DNA of 61,868 nucleotides, counting the filler, from Choristocarpus tenellus KU-1152 (Eukaryota > Protista > Phaeophyceae), in NCBI GenBank assembly GCA_964200185.2. It is 9 parts of 9 records of this genome, joined end to end, with 100 filler letters (N's around TTAATTAATTAA, not from the genome) between each part and the next. Parts side by side here need not be neighbours in the genome. Positions count along the whole stretch, not along the records: positions 1 to 4,053 come from CAXNAD020016460.1; positions 4,154 to 13,614 come from CAXNAD020003657.1; 7 more parts are not named here. One strand, given 5' to 3'. The notes below the pieces were generated by a model. That model was not told the origin of the DNA. It did not search any database and worked only from the letters and a program-made list of their open reading frames with translations. This document shows, piece after piece, positions 1 to 12,170 of the stretch (positions within the stretch are counted from its first letter, which is position 1; every line of letters starts with the position of its first letter). The translations under genes were made by a program, and so were the position numbers.

Positions 1-49
1 GGTGAAAAACGGATGCCGACACCCCCCCCCCCCCCAGATACTTTGACCA
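1..49 (+). mobile_element. MITE family B, right end (truncated at window start)
   Basis: poly-C + AGATACTTTGAC matches the right TIR of the intact copy at 296-473. Confidence 0.6.
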
Positions 50-107
50 ACACGTATAAATACTACTTCTCCCTCCACCTCTAATACCCCCCGTGTGAGT
101 ATGCCAG

Positions 108-1287
108 GAAAAGCTTGTAGAATCAGAGACAAAGGCAAAGGAACTACAGGCGATGTTCCAGCAGGAAGAGGCCAAGGGGATAGAAATGGGGACGGAGCTC
201 TTGACCCTAGTCAATCAGAAGTCCCACCTGGAGAAGGTAGGTGCTAGAACTCTACTGCTGCTTGAAATGGCGGAGCTATCAATAGCTCTAAAAATGGCTC
301 AAAGTATCTGGAGGGGGGGGGGGCACCGGCTGTCCATTTGGGGCCCATTTTTCCATGTCATGATTATTCTGTTGCATGTGTCGGATGGATAATGTAAGTG
401 CACTTTTCCTGGTCAGGACCCAAATGGACACCCTGGTGTAGACCCCCTCTCCCCCCCCCAGATACTTTGAGTCAATATATATGAATATATTTCATCTCCT
501 CTTGACATTTAAACACATTGGAGCAAGCAAGCTCTTACCTTTGCACGGCAAGAGTGGCAACCTCATTGTAGCTAAAATAATGAGGACAATAATGATATTA
601 ATAATAATAAAAATAATAATAATAGTAACAATAACAATAATAATAATAATAATAATAAAAACAAAATACCGCTCAAAAGTAAAATAAATGGCATTGAAAC
701 TCAGATGGAACTACGCCCTCCTTGTCCCGTAGCCCATTACGTAATCATTTGCTCCAGTCGGGTGGGCTTCGATTCGTCGGCAGGAGTCATTTGCTCCAAG
801 TGCACCAAGAAATGGTTTTGTCATATTGCTGCCTGGGGGGCTACAATCGTAAGACTTAACTTCTCTGAGACTTCTGGGGGATGCATAGCAGTGGACCTAC
901 ACCTACTCGACCTGACATTCCCACATTGGCCACTGCCGCCAGCCTCCCCTCCCCCCCTTGGAATCACCCTCTTCCAGCACTAACGACTTTCTCTGCCTCC
1001 TCCCAACACATTCCCCAATTCAAGACCCGTCTCTAATGCCCCCTATCCCCCTTCTCCCCTCCACTATTTCCCACCCCTCTCTGCTTCTCCATGGCACATC
1101 TCCTTGCCCTTCTTATTTGTGGTACAATCCTTAGCTCCGTGATGAGTTAGAGCGGGAAGAGGCAGACCTCTCCAGGAGGGTAACTGCTCTGGAGGAGGAT
1201 CTTGCTCGCTCCAAGGAAGAGGTGGGGGTGCTCAAGCAAGACCTAAACGCGGCACAGCAAAACGTGAAGTCGCTGGAGATTGCCAAG
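108..1287 (+). CDS. Two internal exons (108-236, 1135-1287) of a coiled-coil protein, CCDC78/DUF4472-like; partial
   Basis: Both exons have AG/GT boundaries and are phase 0 (129 and 153 nt): EKLVESETKAKELQAMFQQEEAKGIEMGTELLTLVNQKSHLEK | LRDELEREEADLSRRVTALEEDLARSKEEVGVLKQDLNAAQQNVKSLEIAK. Heptad pattern. FQQEEAKGIEMGTELLTLVNQK resembles the DUF4472 C-terminal motif (from memory, not searched). Confidence 0.6.
296..473 (+). mobile_element. MITE family B (~180 bp), intact
   Basis: TIRs GGCTCAAAGTATCTGG+G-run / C-run+AGATACTTTGAGTC; 3-bp TSD AAT (293-295, 474-476); subterminal GTCCATTTGGG / CCCAAATGGAC; lies in the intron of the coiled-coil gene. Confidence 0.8.
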
Positions 1288-1389
1288 GTGTGTGTCCTCT
1301 AGTGGCGGGAGGGCGACAAGAGGCAGGGGCGTGGAGGGGTAACAAAATTCAGTGAAATTGTTGAGAGACAATGTCAAGGGAGCAGACAA

Positions 1390-1426
<37 letters not shown>

Positions 1427-1545
1427 GTGTGTTATATGTGTGTGTGTGTTAAGGACTGAAGATTGAGAAGGAAGAACCGCAGAAAGGTCTGCAAGAGGGG
1501 AGGGGAGGGGAGTGTACGTTGGAGTGGTGATTATGAGATATGAAG

Positions 1546-1806
1546 GAGTCAAAGTATCTTAGAGGGTGGAGCCGCATCCGTTTTGGGGGCCAAAATCGAA
1601 TGTTGCGATTTTGATGTAATTTTGGTCACCATGTTTGTTGGAAAGTGTCAATATCCTTGTTCTGGACACACCTTTTCATAACGTACACATTTTCCTACTC
1701 CGAAACGTTTCGGAGTAGGAAAATGTCATAAAAACCCATGGGAAGTCAAGCCCCAAACGGACAAACAGGGCAAAACTGGTACCCTAACCCTAAGATACTT
1801 TCACTC
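1546..1806 (+). mobile_element. MITE family A (~260 bp)
   Basis: Left TIR GAGTCAAAGTATCTTAGAGGGT, right TIR ...CTAAGATACTTTCACTC; perfect 40-bp palindrome at 1687-1726; no intact TSD. Confidence 0.9.
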
Positions 1807-1851
1807 TAATTAAGGTGTATAATCCTGTAGAATTTGAACCAAATTGACTTG

Positions 1852-2108
1852 GAGTGAAAGTATCTTAGAGGGTATGAGTTTTTCCCTGTTAGTCCGTTTG
1901 GGGTATGCCTTCCACTGGATTTTAATGACATTTTACCTAATCCAAATGGTTTGGAGTAGGTGAAATGTGCACTAGAATTATAAATGCGTTCGGAACAAGG
2001 ATAATGACATCTCCTAACAAACACCATAGCCAAAATTACATCAAAATATCAACATTGGATTTTGGCCCCCAAATGGACGCTGCTCTACCCTCTAAGATAC
2101 TTTGACTC
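1852..2108 (-). mobile_element. MITE family A, inverted copy
   Basis: GAGTGAAAGTATCTTAGAGGGTA ... TACCCTCTAAGATACTTTGACTC; TSD TTG on both sides. Confidence 0.9.
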
Positions 2109-2267
2109 TTGGTCCTTATCCCTTTTAAAAACCGAAAAACCACAAAGAGAACTACATCTGCTGTGAAATTGCTTTATCGTCTACATCTTACACCTCAATT
2201 GAGCTTGGCTTGCTATTCTTTAAGGGTGGTTCTGCTACTATGCTTGCATTTATTCGTCATCACCAAA

Positions 2268-2529
2268 GAGCCAAAGTATCTTAGAGGGTAGAGCCGCGTC
2301 CATTTGGGGGACAAAATCCAACATTGCAATTTTGTTGTAACTCTGGCTATCATATTTGTTGGGAGATGCCAATATCCTTGTTCCGGACACACCTTTTCAT
2401 AACATACACATTTTACCTACTCCAAAATGTTTCGGAGTAGGTAAAATGTCATAAAAGAACTCATGGGAAATCAAGCCCCAAATGGACAAACAGGGCAAAA
2501 AATTCATACCTTCTAAGATACTTTCACTC
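2268..2529 (+). mobile_element. MITE family A
   Basis: Both TIRs present; TSD AAA on both sides. Confidence 0.9.
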
Positions 2530-3908
2530 AAACATGCTCAAGATTAAACACAATTCATTGTTGCATTCTTCTTAAATCTAGAAAGCTTTGCAGAGAACTG
2601 AAATATGAACGAATATAACTAGATTGCAGTGGTCAAGATTCAAAATGCTCTTTGCCCCCCCCCCCCCTAGAAAGTTGTACGCATGCTTTCTCTGTTTCCT
2701 TCCATGCTAAAAAAAATTCAACAAAAAAGAGTGAATTGCTTGGAAGGCTTTATTGATTTGTAATGACATTTATACGATGAACCATATGATGGAGGGCATG
2801 GAGGATGTATATATAGTCCACACAACCCAATGTTAAAAAAAATCGACTGTCACGTATAGAGTTATATCTGGAGATGGCATAGATATACACACACAAACAA
2901 ATAGTACCCTCGTAAGGCCCTAACCCAAACCCAGACAGGTTGGTGATTCCAAAACCATAATCTGGACTTGAAGAAGAAGACTAATTTTTCCACAACAATT
3001 CGGCTCTTGGTAGCCTTCTTTTTTTTCTGGTCAACAAGTACAACACAACTCACACAACAGCCTTGTCCTGCCAAATTTAAATCGATCTTGTCTTGCCACT
3101 GTTTTGTTTGTTTGTTTGTTTGTTTTTTTTGGGGGGGGGTTCTGTTTTTTCAAAGAATTGGTAGAGGGATCCACGATAGATAGCTCCTGGTGCAGTGGTC
3201 TTCATAGGAGGGTAGTTTCAGTAGCTCCTTTTAAAGGGACAAATATTGAGCCGCAGTATCTTGGAACTCTCCCACAGGTATTCGTTTTGAGACTGGGTTT
3301 GGAACAATATACCTAAACCTCAGATGTCACATTTTTCTTATACATCGGGAAAACTCTTGTTCTCAAGGAAAAAGTTCACAGGTCTAGGTCTAAATTGAAG
3401 AGCCCAGAACAAATCTAATTCGCTCTGGAGCAATTTCTATATATCTGTAGCCACACCATGTGGCGCCCTGGAGCTTTCTGCATGACCGCTGTGCACGTGT
3501 ACATGCCGATTTATTCCCGGAGATCAAAGATGCTATAAACATGAACCCAAGTACTGCTGTAAGGCTCGGTTTATCTCTGATCAATGCTACATCATTTCAG
3601 AAGGATTTGGGACAATTTTGACCCCGAAAAGTGTCCTTTTTTCTTATAATCAAATTTGCAAATCAGATTTAGAACCCTCTCCTTGAGGTCGTTAACATGG
3701 TCTCTGTTCCATCTTCCAATTCTTAGTGCTGCTTGGCACATGGTCCCACACATAGTCTAGAAATCCCTGTGATGTATGTGGGCTATATGGATACGAACAT
3801 TTACACCAATAGAAGTGGCCTATATGTACCGTTTAGCCAGTAGGATGGCTAATATATTCCTTTAGCCAACAGGATGCATTTTTCCTGCAACATTCCTTCC
3901 CCCCATCA

Positions 3909-4053
3909 ACCCCAAAGTGTTCGAGAGGGTAGGGCCGCGTCCATTCGGGGTCATAAATCTCATGTTGTGATTTTGACGAATTTTGGAGTGAAAGTATCTT
4001 AGAGGGTACGAGCTTTGCCCTGTTTGTCCATTTGGGGCTTGGCTTCCCATAGA
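3909..4053. mobile_element. MITE family A: degraded left part (3909-3985, +) interrupted by an inverted copy (3986-4053, -) running off the contig
   Basis: Diverged left TIR and the following ~50 bp match family A, then a near-consensus GAGTGAAAGTATCTTAGAGGGTACGAG end begins at 3986. Confidence 0.75.
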
Positions 4054-4153
4054 NNNNNNNNNNNNNNNNNNNNNNNNNNNNNNNNNNNNNNNNNNNNTTA
4101 ATTAATTAANNNNNNNNNNNNNNNNNNNNNNNNNNNNNNNNNNNNNNNNNNNN
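4054..4153. other. Artificial contig linker (also 13615-13714, 22266-22365, 30487-30586, 33446-33545, 42013-42112, 47624-47723, 56970-57069)
   Basis: Identical 44N + TTAATTAATTAA + 44N eight times; the 12-mer gives stop codons in all six frames. Confidence 0.97.
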
Positions 4154-5547
4154 ATATGGGTCAAGGGTTTGGGAGTGTTTTAAACAAGAAAAGTCCCCCC
4201 CCCCCCCCCCATTTGCTACCGATTTCTCAACACCAGCAGAAACAAAGTGTGAGGAACAACGAACATGTTGATTACGTGGCTTCACAACCAAGAGGTAAGA
4301 AAGCCATCCCAAGGTGTGGAACCTTTTAAAGTATCCCCCGTTCTGTGTATAGTAACAATGGTAGGAGAGATGAACACGGGGATATTGTCAATGTTGTAGA
4401 GTGATTGCTCAACGTTAAGTAGGGTAGGCAGTACCTCCGAAAAATAGTATATATACTAACTTTAAATGTATGAGATAGTTGGAAGAGTCAAAATCAAAAA
4501 GAACCCCTGGATACCTTTAAATCCTTTTTTGGAGCTTTTTTTTGTAGTTTTCCATGTAGTTTGGTCAACATATATTAGCAGAAATACAATTTTGGTATAA
4601 GTGCGATAACTCCTCCTACTGTTCTACTTCAAAAGATCAAAATTGAACGTTTGTCACCCTCTTCTCCACCCCCCCTTCCCCTATCCCCTATCCCCAATCC
4701 AAATATCTAGAAAAATTTAAGTCCTTTTTCGATTCAATGTAGTCAGAAAATGGTCCTTAAAACATTATCATCCCCCAGAACCTTTTGCTTAAAGATTTGA
4801 ACAAATAGCGCCCCCCTGTTTATTATTCCCATTTTGGGTCTATTGAACCCAAGTCCATCCGTTTTAGTAACATCCAGGTGGAAAACCCCTTCTCCTCATG
4901 CGTCTGGATGCACTTTATGTGTAAGCAAGAACAAACAACGCCTGAGTGGAGCATGTTGGCACTTAATTTATTTTTTTCCCAGGGGATGAAGCGCCCTGGC
5001 GCCACCTATATGCATAGACACGTACCTAACGCCTGATACAATATCAAGAGAACCACACACACACACACACACATATACATATATGTGTATACGTACATAT
5101 TTTATAAACATATGAAAGGTGAGAAAGAATGAAGCATATTGAATTACATGGACATACAATGTCTGATGAAGTAGTAGTAACCGTATTATAGATACATAAC
5201 ATGTGCGTATGTATATATATACGTGCACGATATAAACCTTAACTAAACACACAGAAAGATACAATAGACAAATACTTCCTAGGCATGACAGACTCAATAA
5301 TATCACACCCAGAACACGCTTTTAACTCCCCCCCTTCCCACCAGACACCCATAAGCACTTACACACACGCAACGCTAACCCTAACTCTGAACCTTTATCT
5401 ACTCTCAATAATATATCAAAACACTTCAAAATACTGTGAAAAAAAATGACTAAAAAAGATCGTTCTCATCAGAGAGAAAAAAATAAAAATGTACGAAATT
5501 TCACCTGTTCACACACAGATACATACATTTTTTTTTTTCATCATTGC

Positions 5548-5588
5548 AAGAAGAAGAAGAAGAAGAAGAAGAAGAAGAAGAAGAAGAA
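5548..5588. repeat. (AAG)n microsatellite
   Basis: Uninterrupted AAG run. Confidence 0.9.
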
Positions 5589-6165
5589 AGGGTCACTTCA
5601 ATCAAAGATCCACTTCAAACACTCAGAACGATACCATTTAAAAAAAATGAAAGAGTTATAAACTCCACTACGAAGTAAATGTAGGTATATGTAAGCGTCT
5701 CGCATTTTTACTCCATGGCAAGGGGCCTAACAATAGGTGTAACACAGTGCTGGACAAAATCAGAGTCAGTGGATCTGCCCGGCATATTTCTTAGGCCACC
5801 ACACCGGTAATCTCATATTCTCTGCTACCAGCCCATCTCAATCTTTGAGTTTCCCATTGAAACTGTACCCTAGATCCTCTCCTCAACATATGTATATATG
5901 AACTTTTGTGTCTATTCCTTGCAATAGAGTGTTAGTAAACCAGTCTGGTCGACCAATTCTCAGTCCAAGAACCCCTAATATCGTCACTACTCTCTTCCCC
6001 AAAAAGAACACGGGCACCTCAATGATTGATGCAGCATCATCAGTGGTACGAGCCGACACTAAAAGCAGACCTAACTACCACACACAAACGCACGTATGCT
6101 TGCACGTGCACATATGCACACACATTCATACGCACGATAAAGCACCTTTGTCATTCCCAAGGCTG

Positions 6166-6207
6166 CTCCTCCTCCTCCTCCTCCTCCTCCTCCTCCTCCT
6201 CCTCCTC
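6166..6207. repeat. (CCT)n microsatellite
   Basis: Uninterrupted CCT run; source of the poly-L/S/G stretches in the ORF track. Confidence 0.9.
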
Positions 6208-6297
6208 GGTCGTATACATCAAGCTCCCCCCCTTCCCCTTGAGGTGCTGTGTCTGATCCCATCAGCTTCGAAGAAACAGGGCTCCCCGCAACTTCAC

Positions 6298-9200
6298 CTT
6301 GGGGGAGTGCCTTCGTGTTCACTACTTCATCTTCTTCTCTTGATCTCCCCGCCCCTTCTGCTCCTGCTCCCATTAGGGCTTGGGATGGTCCGAGCTCCGG
6401 ATCGGGCTTAGTGATCCAGAAGAGGAAGATGAAGTACAGCGACACTACCTGGTGTGTTGTCGTGCGTATGTGTTATTGTGTTATTGTGTTATTGCGCGGC
6501 AATGCTGTGTTATCTTCCTTCCGTGTGTGTTTTCATGCTTTGTTGCTGCTTGTTAACGACGTGTTATTACGTGTGCAACGCTGTGTTGTGGTGAGTGATG
6601 ATTGAGTTGAGATGGAGTACAATGTGAGATGACTAATTTGGAGGGGAAGGGGGGGGGGGGGGGGTGATAAAAAAAAGGTTGAAAAAAAAATTCAAAGCAC
6701 GACACGCATGTAGGACCTTTTTACATGGGAGAGGGTAGGGCATTTTTTTCTGTTGTATACAAAGCATGTTATATTTTTTCTTCTTTGGATATTTTACTCT
6801 AATAGTATTAATAGTAGTATTAATAGTAGTATTAATAGTATTATTAATAGTATTATTAATTGTATTAATCGTATTAATAATATTAATAGTAGTATTAATA
6901 ATAAAAGTACAACGGTAGATTCCACCACAAGAGATGCACTTTCAACTGGTAGTACAGCTTTTTTTATTTATTAATGGTTCTCCTAGTCTCCCCAAGGTTT
7001 GGATGTGCCAGGAAGACCCTTGTCTATAGTTTCAGCTGAAACTTGCCTTTCTTTCTTGAGCAGGAAAGAGTTGTTTGTTTTAGTAGTTTAGAAACTACAA
7101 CGGATAAGGGACTCTTACTCCTGTCAACCAATAGAAGCCTCTCAAAACTGCTGAGTGACTAAAAAAAAGATACTCTCAAAAGAAAAAAAAGAAAAGAAAT
7201 AAAAACACACACAAGCATATATATATATATATATACACACACACAAACACCAGACAGGTATGTAGGCGTATGTTTTAAGCTAAAAAAAAGATCTCTTTCA
7301 AATTGTGCTACAAAATACAAAAGTGACACAGCACATGTATACTCGCGAATACCATGCGTTATTTTCTCACTATAAACCCTAATACCATACAAATTTCAAA
7401 TTACTACAGCACTGTACTGTACAAAAAAGAAGAAAGAGTAGAGTGAGTTAAACCTCACAAGATGCACCAGTCACGCACCAGATTATCTGCAGCAAGCCCC
7501 GCCACAACAGTGTCAGCCGAAATGCCCAGGGTCTCCGCCACCTGGACAAAGCGGTGTACACATATACATGTACATGTATATATATATATATATATATGTA
7601 CATACATATTGATGTTCAAAAGTAAGCACACAATATAATGACATGAGGTGAAGAATGTCATTCGCACCGAAAATTTGGCAGGTTCAAGTTCCGCTATGAA
7701 AGTTCTCTTTTTTTGTGGAAACCTGTTTTTTTACCCACCCCACTACATGTGGCGATCTGTGTGTGTATATATATATATATAGTATTATACCCTCTGACGT
7801 TTTGAAAGATGTGTCAGGGGAAAAAACCTAATGAAAAGCCAAAATCTCTGCGTTGTATGTTATTGTACTCCTCTTCTCTATATCCGATAAATGTCGCTAA
7901 AAGGTATACCCCAAAAGCGCGAGAAGAATATCGAGGTGGCTAACGTAAATGGTGGATCCCGCACCACATTCGAGAGAGAGGAGGCGGGCCAATCAGTGAG
8001 AGGGATCGCTGAACCCAACGTGCAAGAAGTAAGGCACAAATGAATACGGGAAGCACACTCAGTCGTAGTTCAACACTCACTGTAAAGGAGCAGTCTTGTA
8101 TGAAAAGTATGGACACTAGAAAGCAGCATTCAATAGTTATGTCAGTGACAGCCTCCCCATTTTCGGGACCTCCTGACACTGATGAGGATGATGCATGTAG
8201 TGATTGATATACATGCATTTGCGGGCGCCACCGTTTGCCATTGAGGCCAGCCCAAGTGATGTGGTGCGGTTCAGACGTGCGACTGGGCTCGCTCGTCACC
8301 CCGACATGAACGGTGGATTCAAACCAGCAAGGCCCGAGATTGTGTTTTCTGTTCTGATTGGTCACAACCAATCACAGTGGAGATTGATCCACATGACACT
8401 CTGAGTCTGTCAGCATACGACCAGCATGCCTCAGTCTCACCTCTCACTTCCTTTCTGAACCCCATCTCTGGTGGTTCTCATCACCCCCCATCGCACAGAA
8501 CCAGGTCCCAAAGGCATTCTTATTTTACGCGAAGTGTATAGTTCCTCTGACCACTGGTGGGGATAGTCCCCAGACTAAGAGTTGACAATGATAATAATAA
8601 TAATAATAATAATAATAATATTAATAACATGAATAATATCACATACATTGGTTGCCGAGAATTGACACAAGAATAATAATAATAGCAATAATTAAATCAA
8701 AATAAGAATATCATACACGATCATTAGGACATAGGATTCTCCTAGGGAATTGATCGTAGTTAATAGCAACCAACAAACACACATACTTCGGGTTAAGAGT
8801 CTGGTGAAAAACTACAAACCTCTGCTGTTGCGCACTCCACCAGCAGAAAAAAATAAATAACAATTAAGGAACTAGAGACGGCCCCTGCTGGTATTTAAAA
8901 ATAGAACATAAATAAGAAAAAAAATATAGAGATGGTTAGCCCACGCGGAATTGGGTTGCACACCTCATCTCCAAAGGGATCACGAAATCAGATGCCAACA
9001 CAAAACCAGTCAATGAGAGTAGGGCTCACAGGGTGAAGGTTGGAGCCGAAGGATTGGACGTTTTGATTGTGAGTCAGGTATGAATGTCTTGTCCTACACA
9101 GGCGATGGTAGGCGCACACAAGCGTGCCACTGGAGGTTTCCTTAACAGAAAAACAAAACAAAACAAAAAAGAAAGGTGCAACACACACATGTATATATAT

Positions 9201-10510
9201 ATATATATATTACATATCCCCCCCCCCCACACACCACCACAACCAACAAAAACAAACCAAAAAAACAAAAAACTAAAAACATCTATAATTANNNNNNNNN
9301 NTGAAAAAAACAAAAATATAAATAAAAATATATATTACATATCCCCCCCCCCCTCAACACACACAGGAAAAGAGAGTCGTATAGAGTATACACGAGGAAC
9401 ACGAGATATATATATTAATAAAAAAAATACAGCTAGTATGTCTTCTTGCATTGAGAATAATAAATTTCTAAGAAACAAACACACCTACAGACACCTACAC
9501 ACAAGAAACTAAGCACTGTACTTGGAGTTACAACACGTAAAATATATGTTTGTGTGTGTGTGTATGCATCTATGCATCATTCCCCCCACCAAAAAAGGGG
9601 ATCCCTAATTCCCTTTGTACTTTCAAACAAAGATGCTATCAGTAGCAACAGAAGCAGACGACGAGGGACAGATCTGAAAGCCATCATCACACCGTCCCCA
9701 GTCCCTTCCTTCCTGCCTGCATTTTCTGTTCTGACACTGTGATCCTTTCCTTCTATTTATGTTTCTGAGACTACACCCCGGAGCGGGAGAGACCTGAAAC
9801 AAAAACAAAAACAAAATGATCACTTACTCTGTTGAAAACAAGAAAAAAACTCCGCTATGCGATGAAAAAAAAAAAATGCAAAAAGGTGCCTCGCAGCTCA
9901 CCATAGAAAGATACAAAACACAACAACCACAACAACCCCNNNNNNNNNAATGACGACGACAACCCCAGCTCTACATTTCCCGTAATCGTACGTTTAAAAC
10001 GCACATACAAAAAAAAAAAACAGAACGGCGCTTCACCTCGCCTCAGCAGGGTGGTTCCTTGTGAGCTAAAAAACGAACCTTAGATTCGGTTCAGCAAAAC
10101 AGTTACAAATACATTCAATCTTCTTAGGTTCTGCGCCAACGCCTCCCAAAATCTTACACAAACTCGACCCACCGCTACGTAGTTAACTGCACCCCCGATG
10201 TGTCTTGCAGCAAGAGCAGCGGCTATCTTCCAGCCATCCCCCAGAGCTCCCAGTCTCAATGGGACGACAATGGCGGCCACCAGGGTGCCCAGAACGGTGC
10301 CCAGAGCCCCCAGTCCAAAGCAGATCAGAAGGGTGCCGGCAAACCTTTACCCATCATGGGGGTACACGCACACCACATTCCAAGAAATGTTTGGGGTTTG
10401 TGTATGGTTTAGTATGGAACGAACCTAGAATGCCGTAACCCAACACTGTATCTCTAGAATGAAATAGTTTCAGGGATATGATAGGTACAATGAAATGCAC
10501 CATACACTCA

Positions 10511-10563
<53 letters not shown>

Positions 10564-11205
10564 ATACACATACTGCATGCATACCATTACATCAAACAGC
10601 TTTCTTTTATTTATTTTATAAAAAAAGGTGATTCATTTTTTTTTGTATTTTGTACTTTTTTCGTGCCAGCACGAAAAATTCAAATGTCAGGTTAAAACCA
10701 GATCTCCCGAGCTGTGAAAGTATCTAGGGAAAATACCTTGATCCTAAAGTACAAAGTAAAGGCCGTATTCATTCCTCGCAGAGAGACATCTCAACTCAAA
10801 TTTCACTTCAAATCACCCTCTCGGCATGGCATGACCGCCACTTATCAACTCCCTCCAAGAGCAAACATCGCCATTGCCAAGTGTGGTACATTCTGTCATC
10901 CCATGGTCTGGGTTCTTTGCTCAGCACACGTTGATTTTAGTTCATGAACCAATCACTGCACTGGCACTTTCTTACTAGGTACAGCTATCTGAGTCGTTTA
11001 ATATATAAATGTACGTACATAATACATAATGCATAACACATAATAGATTCATACAGAGTGCAACTTTACATGTTGAATATGTGATAAAAGGCCTTTGCAT
11101 ACCATTTGTGTACACGCTGGTCAAGGCGTTGGAAACCTTCTTGTCAGTACACTTTTTTTTTTCTTTTTTTAATGTGCAGGTAACAGGTAACATAACATAC
11201 GCACC

Positions 11206-11243
<38 letters not shown>

Positions 11244-11997
11244 TGCATGCAATATCTGACTGAGAGACTTCTCGGCTGACACACAGCAAGAGCCTCCTGA
11301 TCAAAATTTTAGAGATGTGTATATTCGTATGTATGTATTTATGTATGTATATATGTATGTATGTACGTATGTATGTATGTATTAATGTATGTGTATGTAT
11401 GTATGTATGTATGTATATATGTATGTATGCATGTATGTATGTATGTATTTATGTATGTGTATGTATGTATGTATGTGTATGTGTGTATGTATGTGTGCAT
11501 GAACGTGTGTGTGTGAATGTGTGTATGTATGTATGTATTATGTATGTATGTATCTACGATGCCCTTGAAATTGAACAAAAATTAAAAATAAAAAGATAGT
11601 GAATAATAACACTAAAAAATGAAGATAGACAACAACAATTTTTTTCTTTTTAATCTTTATCGTGCCGAGAAAAAAAATCTTGTTTACGTATTTTTGTCGG
11701 CAAGATCCGACACCGTCACGCTCTATTTTTTTTCAGCTCTCTTCACTAATGCCTTTCTAAGAATACTTGAAACACACATTAAGAAAAAAAAAATGGTGAC
11801 AAAGGCGAACGATGTATGATATACACACATAACACACATAACACACATAACACACACACAAGTACTTGGATGCTCATAATGTAATTTCCTAGAGCATCCA
11901 TCACAGAGAATAAGAAAAAGGAGTTGAAGTCGTACCTGAGAACCTTCCTCAAGTCAGCATCAAAGAGGAGAAGCGGAACAGCCAGCGGGACGAATAC
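6298..11997 (-). CDS. DUF819-family membrane protein, internal exons 11997-11936, 10344-10173, 7541-7479, 6448-~6298; partial
   Basis: Phase-consistent GT-AG splicing gives VFVPLAVPLLLFDADLRKVLR FAGTLLICFGLGALGTVLGTLVAAIVVPLRLGALGDGWKIAAALAARHIGGAVNYVA VAETLGISADTVVAGLAADNL VVSLYFIFLFWI, matching DUF819 motifs (PLAVPLLLF-ADLR, WKIAAAL-x-IGGAVNYVA, AADN). The 3' end of the last exon is uncertain. Confidence 0.85.
11315..11552. repeat. Degenerate (TATG)n microsatellite
   Basis: About 240 bp of TATG/TGTG units within a DUF819 intron. Confidence 0.9.
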
Positions 11998-12020
11998 CTG
12001 ATGAACAAGAGTCATTTTTT

Positions 12021-12170
12021 AAAATAATAATTGGTTGTTATTTGTAAACATTTTTTTTTTTAATAATAATTGGTTGTTATTGGTAAACGTATTTATTTTT
12101 AATATCAATTGGTTGTTATTGCGATTTTTTTTTAAAAATAATAATTGGTTGTTATTTGTTAACATTTTTT
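12021..12170. repeat. Minisatellite, 4 units of ~33-40 bp
   Basis: Core AAT(A/C)ATTGGTTGTTATT, units starting near 12021, 12061, 12101 and 12134. Confidence 0.8.

Noticed and set aside
1546-2529. CRISPR-like array of AAAGTATCTTAGAGGG repeats
   Set aside because: The repeats alternate in orientation and are TIRs of whole repeated elements; there are no unique constant-length spacers and no cas genes.
7681-7694. tRNA/SINE B-box-like GGTTCAAGTTCC
   Set aside because: No cloverleaf, A-box or second copy.
7812-8587. Solo LTR bounded by TGTCA...TGACA
   Set aside because: The flanks (AGATG / ATGAT) do not form a TSD.
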